From Blepharisma stoltei ATCC 30299 (taxonomy: Eukaryota > Protista > Ciliophora): 64,000 nucleotides of DNA. The notes under the pieces are model-generated. The model saw only the letters and a program-made list of their open reading frames with translations. It was not told the origin of the DNA and did no database searches. Positions 13,601 through 26,590 of the stretch are shown here, piece after piece. The stretch is taken from contig CBFDEM010000036.1 of assembly GCA_965603825.1 (NCBI GenBank), forward strand, positions 1 to 64,000. The letters are read 5' to 3'. How positions within the stretch are numbered: the stretch's first letter is position 1; each line of letters starts with the position of its first letter. The position numbers and the translations under genes were made by a program.

Positions 13601-16600
13601 TATCATTTAGATAAACTATTGATTCCACTTCAATAAAAGTTCCATAGGAATCATAGACTCTACCGAGCAAAATCGCTTCCCCTATAATGCCAAGCTTTAT
13701 TGTGAATTTGTTTTCTGTTGTTTTTGGTATTAACGCTCTGGTGCTGTTTTCCAATTTTATGAAGATTTGGTAGGATAAAGGCTCATTGCCTTCAGGATCG
13801 CTCCATCCTGAAAATAAAATCCCAAATTTAGTTTCTAAAGTATTTCCTTTAGAATTGTTATCAATTTCGAAAGTTCCTCCATTTGGTGGGCAGTTAACAT
13901 ATCGTTTTAGGGACACTTTTGTTTTTGCATAAGTTTTTTTATCGATTACTGTTACTGTAAATTCATATTCTCTTCCAGGAGTTAAACTGAACTCTTTGAT
14001 TGTAATCCCAGCTTGATCTATAGGTGTTGTAGGAGTAAAAGTCAGATTATTGGCTTCTCCCCAAGAAATAATTGTGTTCATTTCGTTTTCTACATGAGCA
14101 AGAATTCTCACAGGAGATGATCAGTCCAAAAATGGATATTTTGTTATGATATAAACTTTTGGAGCAATACCTGGCGAAACAAATACCCAATAATTTGCAG
14201 TGACTGATGGATAATCAGTCAAACTGATAGTAAAATCGCAAGTAAAGTAAGAATTTATATTTCTTATTTCCAAATTAAAAGAATTCCCAGCGATTTCAAC
14301 AAATTTTCCATAAGTGCAACTTTTTTCAGCAAATTTCACAGATCCCTTCTCCAATGGATATATTTCATCGCTTCCATAGGTTGCAGTTAGATTAACAGTA
14401 ATATAAGAATTAGAATAGACCGTCGTGTTTACACCTAAAACCATCAGATTAGGAGGCGGCGGAGTTGCAACAACTTTTACACTAGCAGAGCGAGTATAAG
14501 TGCCACGATTGAATAGTACGTTTGCAGTCACGACATATTCACCGATTTTTGAAAATAAATAAGTAAACTCAACACCTGATGTGCTGTAATCTGTATCTTC
14601 AGACAACTGTCTATTACTTTTTGCAACGCTTCAAGAAATTGAAGGATTTGGATCTAAGTCTATAAGAGTGCTTTTTTGATATTGGAATTTTAGCTTTAAT
14701 GGTGAATCGGTACCGATATTGAGGGTTTCTTTATTAGCTATAGAAATGGCTACTTCATCATATATCATGTTAACTGAAGTGGTAGATAAATCAGATTGGC
14801 CAAACTTGTCAGTTACGTTCAAAGTTACCTCAAAGTAATTATGATCTTTTGCGCTCTCGCAACTTTCTAAGGTAATATTGTAAAATTTTTGATTTATACC
14901 ACCAGAATAGCTTAAGAACTTGCTTAAAGATCATAAAAATGTAAGATTTCCCATTCCCGTTGATCGAGATCCGTCAAGAGTCAATTCGCAAGAGCAGCAG
15001 ATTGAGCTAATTTGAGTGATATTAGCTTTCGGCTTAGGGGGTTTTTCCTCCTTGATACTCATAGTTATATATGCAAGATTAGTTTCATTAGTATTTGAGT
15101 CAGCAAAAACTTTTTCAATGAATGTCAAGGATTTTGCACTGTCTTGAATATGGCCTAGATAAATTTCCAATTCATTTTTAGATATTTTGAAGCAAGAAAC
15201 GCTTTTTCCTAGGGAGATTATTGAATCTTTTGACAATATTTTATCGCATTGAGCAGATGAGCATTTCTCATTAGTACAAAATTCCTCTGTGAAAACTAAT
15301 TGATTATATAATTTAATTTTGAGATAACTTATCTCAAAATAATATTTTATGTTTATCAATTCTTGATGGATAATCAAATACTTTGAAAAATCATCATAAA
15401 AAGCGTTAAAAGATATAGGATATAAATATCCTTGATACTGAACTTGGACAACTGAAGGGTTGCTACTAATGCTGTAGCTTGGGTTAATAGATAGCGTGAA
15501 TGAGCATGTAAAATTTTCGTTGAAAGAGCTAAATGAGCATTCATTACTGCTTAGCAAAAAATCTGTGCTATTTAATAACTCAACACTCTCAATAAAGCCA
15601 TGAATGGTGTTGATAATAAATTCTCCACTTCAGTTTCCTACAATGACATTTTCTTGAGGTATAGAATGAAACCAATATAGTTCAGGGCTATTCTCATAAG
15701 GAGCCCTGATACAATTAAGTCTATCTAAAGATAAGCAATAATTCTCAACACAATTACATTTTTCAATTCCTGAAGCATGGGGGATGCATTCAATACAATT
15801 TGTTTTTCCAAAATTGGGGCATATAGCACATAAAGGATCTTGGCAAATATTGCAAGTATCATCTCTTATGCACCCTTTATTGCAAGAAATGGGGCAACTT
15901 TTACATTTATCATTCTCCACTGAATAAAATTCATTTATCTTGCACGGAGATAAGCAATCTCCTAAAGAAGGTCCACAAGTTCCAAGGCTTTCCGAATCTT
16001 CAAGTTTATTTCTGCTATTCTTCCATATTTGAAACTTATATAAAAACCCTTTAAAATGCGACTTTGAGCTTTTTCCTATAAAAAGAGTCGAACTCACCAT
16101 ATCTCTAAATAGCAAATCCGGGAATCCTCGTGTTATTATTTCTCTGTCATTTGCATACGCCCATAAAGATGTTACAGAACTTTCGTATGAAATAGTGCAA
16201 GAGACGTAAGTTCAGCCTTCAAAACTGATTCCTGACATTTGAAAAGTAAAATTCTGAGAAAATCTATCTTGCAGAGTTATTGACAAAGCTCCATTACTTG
16301 CTAATAAAAGTCTATCTCCCTGCTCAAGAATGTCTCCATTTCCTTGGCTCCAAATTCACATCAAAAGCGAAAAAGTGTGAGAAAAATAAAATGGCTGCTC
16401 GCTTTGGAGGAATGCAAAATTTCCATCAAAAAAGAAGCCCCTGTCCTTTGCTAGCACTGGGTCTTCATTTTCAGGTGAATTAAAAGGGTTATATGAAGCT
16501 TTATTAGCCCCAGCAATAAACTTTCCATAAGTTTCATTGAAATTATCCTTTGAATTTATTTCAGCCATTACGCATAATTCTTTACCAGCACATTCTTCAA

Positions 16601-19600
16601 GCCCAGTTGGGTATTGGCCTAAGCAGACATTATCTACTAATTCCCCTTTCACGCATTCTAAGCAAGAGAAGTATCCTTGACCTCTACAAGTTGAGCAGTA
16701 GTCCAGGTCACAATACTCACAAAAATAGTCAGAGCCATCTGTGGTTAAAATAGTATTAGCGTCACAGGCACAATTTTGTTCGTTTAAATTATGAGCTCTT
16801 TCTATGCATTTGTAGCAATTTGAAGTATCAGAAAACCCTGAGCATTCTTGACAGAGCTGATCATTACACAGTTTGCATGATGGAAATCTCACACAGGTAG
16901 TTTCGCATGATGAATTGCATTGTTTGCAGGCTGAACCATCTCAATATTCAAATAGTTCGCAAGATCATAAACAGTTATCATCTTTATCAGGTTGGCAAAT
17001 ACTTATTTCTGAATAACTGATAAAATCATGAACAGCGCCTATATAAAGCTTAAAATTATATATGAATCCAGCGAATCCTGGGCCTCCAATGACTATTTCG
17101 CTTGGAATATCTCGGAAAATACTTTTATCTTGAGATATTGAATTATGCTGTATATTATTTAAGTAGCTATGAAGTGTTGTAGCTCCGCTAGAATAAGACA
17201 CTGAAAATGATATATGCATCCAACTACTGTAAAAAGCTTCAGGGGTAATCACTGGTATATTTGCATCCAAAGGATCTTTTAAAGTAATATTCAGAATGTG
17301 GCTGCTCGAAAACGCAAATTTACCCTCTTTTCTAACTATTATGCCTACTATTTTTGCATGAACCCAAGCCGCTATAGAAAAAGAATGAGAAAGGTAAACC
17401 ATTTCTTCTGTTTTTAAAAATCGATTATCTTCAAAATATAGTCCTCTCTTGATTGCTGGGATTGGATCAAAATTCAGTTCTGGGTCCATGAAAAAATAAT
17501 GCTGGCTTCTATTTTTACCAGTTTTAAAAATATCATACTCTGCAAACTCTTCAGAAAATTCGGCATCAATAGCTGCATATGCATCTTCTTTAGCATTTAT
17601 ATAGCCATATGGATATTCATCGAGGCAAGCTGAGCCAACCAAAACCCCTGCTTTGCATTCAGAGCAGTCAAACCATTTACCAGTGCTACAGATATCGCAA
17701 TATAAAGCATCACAGTACTCGCATTTATGATCATACATAGTTTCCACAAAAATAGCGTTTCCATCACATTCGCATTTTTCTGTCCCATGGGCTCTTTCTG
17801 TGCATTGCTCGCAATGTGATAAATCGCTGAACCCTGAACATTTTATGCATAATTGGTCTGCACATATATTGCAAGATGGAGCTCTTACACAGTTTAAAGT
17901 GCAAGAACTGTTGCAGGATTTACAGCTACCGTCAAAGTACTCAGACAGTTTGCAAGGGGCTATACAATTTTTATAATCTCCTGATATACAGAAAATGCTG
18001 TCTAAGTCTGTACCTATACTTTCAATTAGTCCAATATACATTTTAAAGCTAAAAATAAAACCTGTAAATCCAGAATTTGTGCCTTTTCCAATAAATAAGT
18101 GGCTTGACTTGTCCCTAAACAAATACTGTGAATAAGTATTGAGAGAGTGCTGCATGTCATTCTTATAGGCTGAAATTGTTGTTGAGCCATTAAAATAACT
18201 GACGATAAGAGTGAATAAATTTCAATCACTTGAAGAAATAGCACTAGTTTCTGATAATAAAATTGACTGAAATGGATTTATCAGTGAAGCCTGAGCTGAA
18301 AAATTGCTAGGCAAAACTATTCGATTTTCTTTTTCTATAATATTTCCAGCTCCATAACTATTGATTCACAAAGCAATTGAAAAGGTATGCGAGAAATAGA
18401 GAGGGGCATCAGAAACCAAGAATTGGCTGGAATTAAAATGAAGTCCTCTTCCTTTAATTGGAATAGGGTCGCACTCTTCAGGATTTTGCCAATAATTAAA
18501 AGAGCTTGAGCTGCCACAAGTTTTAAATACGTCATAATCTCCACTAAATTCTGATTCAAATTTTGCATTAATTACCAAGCAGGCCGAACCAAGGCACTTA
18601 TTCTCTTCAAAGCCATAAGGAACTTGGTCTAAGCAAACCCTTTTGATTAAATAACCACTTTCACACTCCTTGCAATCGAAATAAATTGCTTCGCGCTTGT
18701 CACAGACTGTGCAGTAGCCGTTGTCGCATTTTTCACAAGCCCAGTCTATTTCATATTTTATAAGAATTGAGTCAGGATTGCAGGTGCAAACTGAACCTTG
18801 AGCATTGACTACACATTCATTGCAAGAGCCGTCACTGAAACTTGGGCACTTTATGCAAAGTCTATCAGAGCAAAGATTGCAAGACTTGGGTCTTATACAG
18901 CCGCTTGAGCATGTATCGTTGCAAGCAATGCAACTATCATCATAAAACTCAAAGAAAGTGCAAGGTGATAGGCAAGGCCTCTCGCTACCCACCGCACAAA
19001 TTGATTTGTCATTATAAAGTGATGGATCATTTATAGTACCAATAAACAGCTTAAAATCATAGATAAAGCCTTTAAAATAAAAATTACTTCCCCCTTTTCC
19101 GATCACTAAATAGCTCGAAACATCTCTGTATAAATACTCAGACTCTGATAGTTTTCTGGCTTGGATACCATTCAAAAAAATAGTTATCGTTTGAATTCCG
19201 TTTAAAGAGCTTAATGCTAATTCAAATTGGCACCAGCCACTTATAATAGATTGAATAATTGACTCTTCTTTAACTCCACCAGCGGGGCCGAACATAGTGA
19301 TTTGGGCAGAAAAATCACTTCCTACCATAATTCTATCATTTTTTTGAAAAATAACTCCTTCTCCATAGCTATTAATTCAGGAAACAATTGAAAATGAATG
19401 TGAAAAGTAAAGCAAGTCTGAAGCCAAAAATTTGTTTCCATTAAAGTAAAGCCCTCTATCTTTTGCTGGGATTGGATCACATGCCTCAGGGTTATTCCAG
19501 AAATGAAATGTATCTGAGCCACTGCATGTTCTGAAAACGTCATATACCCCTGTAAAATCTGTCTCAAACTCAGCATTGATGACTAAGCATGGTAATTCAG

Positions 19601-21866
19601 AACAGCGATCAGCTCCATATGGGTTTTCATCGAGACAAACTCCTTGAAATAAATATCCTTTCGAGCATTTGTTGCAGTTAAAATAAGTTTCCTCTCTCAT
19701 AGCACATTCTCCGCAATAATTATTATCGCATTTTAGGCACTTTCATTTGGATTGTATTAGTATTGAATCTGCATTGCAAGAACAAACTGCACCTTGAGCA
19801 TTTTCTGTGCACGTAGTGCATAAGCCTTCACCAAAGCCTTTACATACATTGCATAGCTGATCTGCACATATATTGCAGGAAGCTGACCTCACGCATCCCA
19901 TTGTGCAAGAAGAGTCACATTGCTTGCACGAATTTGTTGAAGATTCAAAATAATAATCATGGTCGCATTCTAGCAAGCAGCTACTAGTTGAGTCTCCACA
20001 TGCTTTCTTTATATAGCTTGAAAAATCAGTCACTGCGCCTATTATTAGTTGAAAACTGTAAATAAAGCCTGTGAAATTTGAGTTCGAGCTCTTGCCAAGA
20101 ACTAAATAATTTGAAGGCAAATCTCTGAATAAAGATTTATCATAAGTCTGCTGAAAAAGTGAGTTTCCATTAGTAAGAGTTGTGATTGTTGTCGCTGAGT
20201 TGGAGAAAGCAACTACCAATGAGTAAAAGGTTCAAGCTGAAAATGAAGTGGCGTCGTAGGTCACTATTGAAAATTTAGTAGCCAGATAATTTTCAAGGGT
20301 TATAACTGCATGAAAGTTATAGGTAACGATAATTTTATCCAACTTTTCCAAGAAGTCACCACTTTTCGATTTTATCCATAAATTAATAGTAAACTCATAC
20401 GGTAAATAAATTTCTTGATTTGATTGTAGATAAGCTCCATTATCAAAGTATAGTCCTCTTTTAACCATAGGGATTGGATCAGATATTTCTGGGGAATTAA
20501 ATGGAGCAAAAGTGTAACTATTTGTACCAGTTATAAAGATTCCATATCATCCTTTGAAGGTTTCTGTCTCAAAGCTTTCATCAATTACTAAATAAGGAGA
20601 GTTTTTAGAGCTATCCCATCCAAATGGATTCTTGTAAAGGCAAGTTTGTCCTATTAAATAATACGTCGATGCGCAAGTGCTGCAGCTAAAGTACTTAGAA
20701 GAAGTGCAGCTACTGCACAGCACGTCACAAAAATCGCATTTAACTCCATTAAACGCCTTTCCCAAGTCACAAGTGCAAACTGAGTTTACTATTGATGCTC
20801 CTTCAACGCATGAAGTGCATCCATAAAATGAATCACAAGTCACGCATTCTATGGCCTCACATAAATTGCATGATTCTATTCTCCTGCATCCATAATTGCA
20901 GTCACTGCTACAGTCTGTGCATTTTTCTCCATTATTAAATTGCTTGAATCCACAATTGTCAGGACAGTTTAAATTTTGTGAGCATATGGAGCACCCTGAA
21001 TCGCAGCCTGAAGAGCGAAAGTCATCGAGAGCATGATTTGCGTTCCCATAAATAACTACTTTCCATATGAAACCAGTAAAAATACCATCTGATGGCTCAT
21101 TTCCTAAATACGTATCAGCAGGATCATCATAGAGAGTATTATAAATAGTTGACTCATTTATGAAAGATCCATCAACAAACAACTGAGCCTTTGTCGTAAT
21201 AGTATCTAAAGTGCAGGTAATTGATATATAATGCCAACTACCGATTAAACTTGAACTAGTTGTCCATAAGCTTATTATTTGTCCATTTATCAGTTTCACT
21301 TGATAATTTAGTTTTCCATCTGCTGAAAAATACAAAAAGTGAATATAATCAGAATTATTTTTTTTACTAAAAAATTTCCCTTCAGACAAAGGCTTGACTC
21401 AGAATGTGACTGTAAACCAAGGGCTAAGGTTTAGACTCTGCGAATGCATATAAGAATAAGGAAAGAAATAATATCCTCTTGATAGTGATGATGGAATAGG
21501 GTCATTTGGATCAAAATTTGGGTAGGCATTCCCATCATTTGCTCCTATCACCAATTGCTGAGTTTCGTCCATGCTAAGTTTCATCGAATTACTAAAATTT
21601 AGTATAAAAGAGTTGTCATTGATCACCAAAGGAGTCCGAGGCAAGCAAACACCATTAAGTAGATAATATGAAGTATAGCATTGTGTGCATTGATTCATAT
21701 CACCGCTATTACAAATTTGGCACCCTCGATAGCATTGAACACATATAGTGCCGTCACCGGCGTTTATCCAGGTATATCCATTTTGTCATTCGCACGGAGG
21801 TATATAAATGTCACCTCCTCCTCCTCTTGCTAGATAAATAACCATAGTTCATATGAAGAACTTCAT
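10650..21866 (-). CDS. Giant 3738-aa polycystin-1/REJ-like membrane receptor: signal peptide, 6x(LamG/ConA-like + Cys-rich furin/EGF-like), PKD/REJ, GAIN/GPS-like, ~5 TM
   Basis: 16 track ORFs share one frame (all 3' ends are multiples of 3), are separated by TGA and finish on TAG at 10650. I read the 5' gap and the 11406-11762 gap fully and found no TAA/TAG; other gaps are inferred from frame continuity. ATG at 21866 (MKFFIWTMVIYLARG). REJ motif CPPNGGTF..GNTLETKF...GWSDPEGNEPLSYQ; GPS-like C..TCTC before TM1; PKD1-like H.F......FSRKGRL. Confidence 0.88.
15700..21700 (-). repeat. Six ~1.01 kb (~337 aa) intragenic modules
   Basis: DPIP...RGLYF followed by F(S/T)(I/V/L)xxW recurs at ~21400, 20380, 19377, 18366, 17365, 16356. 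Each module carries a (F)xGFIYxF strand and a C..C...C.R...C..C.D.LC..C block. Confidence 0.9.
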
Positions 21867-22337
21867 TTAATAATTATTCTATAATTAATTAGAAAATATA
21901 GCCAAAAAAACAACAGAAAATATTCTCTGATATTAAATAGTTTAGAGAAACAAATTCCCGAATCTCCCAGCTATAATTGAAGTAAGTAATTATCTAAATA
22001 GCAAAATTGCATTTCTGGAGTTATTTATTGCAAGATGAGCTATCTTATAGTTAATTTAATAGTGAATATTATTTATCAGCTGCTAAGCACGGCTAGTTCA
22101 AAAATTCTTATAGCTTTAAAAACGAAGGTGTATGAAGTATATATGATATAATAATTCGATCAATAATGTTTCTCAAGTAATTTTCTAATGAAAATTCAAG
22201 GCAGTCTTGATAGATAAATCATAGAAAAATAAAATTCGATATCAAATTTCAATTCGTATAAATAGCAAATAGTTAATTCTTCATTGAATTATTATAATTG
22301 TGGGAAATAACTATTAAAAAAGTAAATTTATAAAATT

Positions 22338-24051
22338 ATGTGAAAATATGTGATGTTTTTCCTCACAATTATATTGTTAAAATGTGATATTGAAGCAAAT
22401 AATTACAAAGAAAATTCAAATCTTGATATCAATAGTAAAATTTTTTTACTTTCAAAAGAAAATTTTAGCAAGCCAGTCAAAATTGAAGAAGATTATCTAA
22501 GGCGATACGTGAATGAAGATCTTCTAACTTCTTTAGTTAAAGGATTTCTTTTAGAAGAAGAAAAAGAAAGGTCTTATGAAACAAAAGTCCTCCACTCATC
22601 AGCAATTTGACTTTCAGATGAAAAATTATTTTTAGTAGCTCTCAGCATTAGAACACCAAATTTACTAAATTATATTTATATCACTTTTTTTGATTCTGAA
22701 TGAAACGAAATCAAAAAGGAGTCCTTTATTGGTGCCACAAAAATTCCTGATGCGCTTAAGATCCCTACATTAAAATGGAAAAGTCTTGAAAGTGGAACAG
22801 TCTTTAAGGCCTTAGAGAGTGAATATTTTATCTCATTTAGCATAAAAAATGACGATTTTAATGTCTGAGATCATTTTATCTACAGCTTCACAACTGGAAA
22901 AATTAGAGAACTCTATCACAACCGAAAAGAAAACAATTTGTCACCTCTTATTATTGATGATTATCACATATATTTCTTAGCGAGCTATAATAATCTCAAT
23001 ATCATTGACTGTACAAGTGAAGAAAATATTTGCAACTCATATATTGATTATTATCAAACTAGCAAAAGCTCAATAAGCAGTGGGACTGCTTTTCTACGAT
23101 ATAAAAACTCAAATTATTTCTTTTCTCTCTCTTTGAGTAGAGTTGACTATGGAAAAGATAAAAGCTGTGATATTGTAATGCCATCCTTATCTGTTCTTCA
23201 AATATTGACTGAAAATCCATTTTTTAAGCTGATTTATTCGAGTGAGCCAATTATGATTTGAAATACTTTGCTTTTAAATCCGAATGCAGATAAGTCTTCA
23301 AAGTTTGATAATATATTATTATGTGGATCAAAAATAATACCAAATTCTGTTACAAAGTGAGACGAAGATGAAGACGATATTATGGAAATTATAATAAATT
23401 CTGACAAAGACTCGCCAGTTGTTGTAAAAGTGGAAGGATTTAATGATTTTTTGCAAAGTGTTATTAGTCAATATGAGTCTAAAAGGGCATTAAAAGAGAC
23501 TGAATTAGAAGAAATGCCTACTTTATCTAATGAAAATAAAGAAAAAGAAAATGAAGCAATTAATAGCGAAAACAACAAGAGTTGCCCAGATGAGAAGTAT
23601 TATGATGAAGACACCAAGGCCTGCAAATGTAAGTTTCCAATTAGCATGCTTCAAGGGTTGCTTGAAATGCAACTCTCTATCCAACTGTCTGCAATGCAAA
23701 GATCTTTACGCAGTTGTAGACAACGGAAGATGCAAATGTGTCGAAGGCTATCTATCACAATATAACCCAGATACACATGAATTCTCATGCAAATGTAATG
23801 CCTATCCAGGATATGATAAACCATTAGGAAGCGAATCAGACTATAGAGATCTGCTCGATATCGAATTCGGATATAAAATAAGCCAGGATTCTTTATCAAT
23901 GATTTTGGCAAATAAAGATATCGAGAAAGGCTTTATAGAAAACAATTTTTGCGACTTCGATATAAGTAAAGAAAAATCTCAAAAAATCAAGTCAACAATC
24001 GTCAAGAATGGGATATCGGTAGAAATTGAGATAAAGGTTACTAAAATTTAA
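22338..24051 (+). CDS. Secreted or signal-anchored protein: GT91/Bmt beta-mannosyltransferase-like domain + Cys-rich furin/EGF-like region; 2 exons (22338-23628, 23645-24051)
   Basis: MW(TGA)KYVMFFLTIILL start; track ORFs 22350, 22938 and 23382 are in frame via TGA; a 16-nt intron joins the ORF-23530 frame (KACK-S-CFKGCLKC). Motifs SAIWL, FFDSEWNEI, IIPNSVTKW, DIMEIIINSD, VVKVEGF resemble yeast Bmt proteins. Gene model strong, family call weaker. Confidence 0.7.
23629..23644 (+). other. 16-nt spliceosomal intron GTAAGTTTCCAATTAG
   Basis: GT-AG with A at -6; removal repairs the frame between two overlapping Cys-rich ORFs. Confidence 0.92.
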
Positions 24052-24069
24052 ATTCAAAAACTGACTTAA

Positions 24070-25032
24070 TTAATTTACATTTTGCTGCTCGTTTTGAGGA
24101 GAGCTATTAGGAGTCATGCTTAAATATCCAGTAGCAATGGACGACCCTCTCAATGTTTGGCTCCCACTAGGCACAGTAATAATGCTGGAAAATGTATACA
24201 AGCTCACATCAGTAGTCGGCGCTTTGTGATATCTCTTGCTTGTTGGTGGCTCCGACAAATCCAATATTTTGTCAGATTTGTTTTGTATTGTTGTGCTGTC
24301 AAAAGAGTCTTTTTCTGGAAGCACCTTATTTTTCGCTTTATTTTCCCGATATCTGATGACGTAATCATAAGTTGTTCATCCTTTAGATCTCAGCCAAATA
24401 TGAAAGCCTATTAAATACATAATCAACAAACATATAATTGAGCAAGCGCTTGTTATTACGATTATTAATGCGATATATGCGCCTTTCTTTTGATTATTTA
24501 TCCCTAGCGTGGATTTTATTTTATCATTTGGATCACCGTCGTTTTTTATTTCATTTAATATATATCCGCCAGCAGAAATTTCAAGTAATGTTAAGGACAC
24601 AACAGTTATTAATAAATATATGAAAGCCCGATAGTTCTTTTTCCCTATGCAGTTATTAAGTCATTTGCAGTGATGGTCGAATCCTTCAATGCATTTATCA
24701 CAAGTTCCGCAATGTTTTGAATTAATTGATACGTGGGTTTTGCATGCTGTACACATAAATGAGTATTTTTTGGAATCAAAAGGCTTGTTTTCTTTCTTGG
24801 CGAGCAGCTCTTGGAGAACCACAGGGTCTGTAGGGTCTCCATGGGTTGTCAGATAAATCCAGAAAATTGTGAGCAAGTATAAAATTGTAAATGATAGCAA
24901 ATAAAATTCAAAAAGTCCTGAGGGCATTATTGGGAGGTATAAAGCATAGAAACTGATGCTAAATAGTATTAGAAGGATTCAAGAAAGCATTTGGTAAGGG
25001 TGTAAAGGCAAGCTGAAGCCATTCTTCTTCAT
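24070..25032 (-). CDS. DHHC palmitoyltransferase (ZDHHC1/11-like), 320 aa
   Basis: MKKNGFSLPLHPYQ start; [20 protein letters not shown](TGA)LNNCIGKKNYRAF; TTYDY motif; three track ORFs in one frame. Confidence 0.95.
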
Positions 25033-25187
25033 ATATTTTGATTTCAAAGTAAAAGACTTTCATATTAAAATTACAAAGCGAAGCTTATTTGTATAAGCGT
25101 CATTTGAATTATTTAAAGAAACTGACGATTTTTTTTATTTAATAATGAAATATAATCTTTATGTTAATGGATTTTATATGGATCTTC

Positions 25188-25823
25188 TTATAAGACATAT
25201 AATAAAGTTATGCATGTACACACAGAAATTGTCAACCCAATTACAATTGCATTGAAGCGCTTTCTCCTTGAAATCCTTTTCAGAAGTACATTAATCCCTG
25301 GCAGAGTTTCAGCAAAAATCACAACTTTATCAGAAGCAGACATGAGCTTTTCTTTTTGATAAGCCAGCGAGTTCGATACTTCTTGAGCTGTCGCAAGAAT
25401 ATTTTTTCCCATTTCAATCGAGCTATCTAAGCTTCTTCCTTGTCTAAACAAAACATTTAGCCGTGTGTCATCAGAAGAGTCTTTGAATGATTTTCCTATT
25501 AATTGTTGCTGCCATCTCAATTGCTGGATATTGCTTTTAATTGTCAAAAAGCGCTTGGAATAAATTTTGTGATCACTTAGGTATTGAACGCTAAGAGTTG
25601 TGTCAAAACTTGATGATGCGGATGCGTTCATTTGCTCTGCCTGAGTTTTGATATCGGACAAAATTCGAGATATAGAATCTTCAATGTCTTTCTCAGGATT
25701 TTTTGCATCGAAGCTCACCTCTATAGAGTCAGGATCAAGTTTTGTTTGTAGGATTTCTAGTTCTTCTAGTTTTTTGTCCAATTCTCTGAAGAGATCCTTC
25801 AATGATTTTTTAAGATTTTCCAT
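25188..25823 (-). CDS. GOS1: Golgi Qb-SNARE Gos1/GOSR1-like, 211 aa
   Basis: C-terminal SNARE helix ..LPGINVLLKRISRRKRFNAIVIG.. with tail anchor. Confidence 0.8.
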   Translation of the reverse strand: MENLKKSLKDLFRELDKKLEELEILQTKLDPDSIEVSFDAKNPEKDIEDSISRILSDIKTQAEQMNASASSSFDTTLSVQYLSDHKIYSKRFLTIKSNIQQLRWQQQLIGKSFKDSSDDTRLNVLFRQGRSLDSSIEMGKNILATAQEVSNSLAYQKEKLMSASDKVVIFAETLPGINVLLKRISRRKRFNAIVIGLTISVCTCITLLYVL

Positions 25824-26590
25824 AATTTCTTATAAATGAAATTATTTATTAAGCAAGCCTGTCGTTAAAGATTTAAGGAGAGGTCCAGTATGCTTACGCA
25901 TTAATCATTATAATTTCTATATAGCCTTTAGATTACTTAAAGTAAATAATTTGCATATATCATAAATTAGTTGATGCAAAAAACCCACAGGCATGTCTAA
26001 TATGAATCCTCAAATCTTTTCAAATTCAATGCATATAGCAAAATTCTTTATCAACCCCAATTTCTGTCAATCCTGGAAACTTTATAGTGTCAACCATTAC
26101 TATCCTCAGATAAATCCTCCAATTTATCAATCTCCTCCATCTTATATTAATTTATCTCTATCGCCTAACGCTCAAATTATACTTTTACTCGACCAATCAG
26201 CATATAAATTACCCGTAACCGTAATTATTACCAAATATTCAGCCAAATTGTGCTAAGTCTGCTCAGACTTATTATTTTGTAAATAAGCTGGAGTTAACAA
26301 AGCTTATCTTGCCAGTAGTCATTTTATCGCCAAATAAAACCAAAGGGAAAGCGTAGAAATCCATGAACATATTTCTTTTGCTATTGCAGACTAAGCTACG
26401 AAAGAGAAAATGGAAGTGACTGTGAAGATGAAGAAGATGGAGGAGCAGAGGATTATTTTAGGAGGATAATATATCTATTTGATTATGAAAAATAATTAAA
26501 AATATTCTATGTCAGGTTTTTGATCGAATAATTCAACATCCTTCAAGAATAAATCATCCTTTAATTATAATTATATTCTTTTATAGTATA

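Noticed and set aside
10650-21866. Operon-like cluster of ~16 small genes, or a heavily pseudogenised locus
   Set aside because: All pieces are in one frame separated by TGA at conserved Trp positions
24661-24663. TGA as selenocysteine or Cys
   Set aside because: TGA aligns with invariant Trp and swaps with TGG in paralogs
25993-26500. 87-aa ORF and its continuation through several in-frame TAA; possible 15-nt intron at 26279-26293
   Set aside because: No recognisable family; the candidate intron ends GAG and lacks the -6 A; TAA is a stop elsewhere. Possibly a decayed gene, unresolved.
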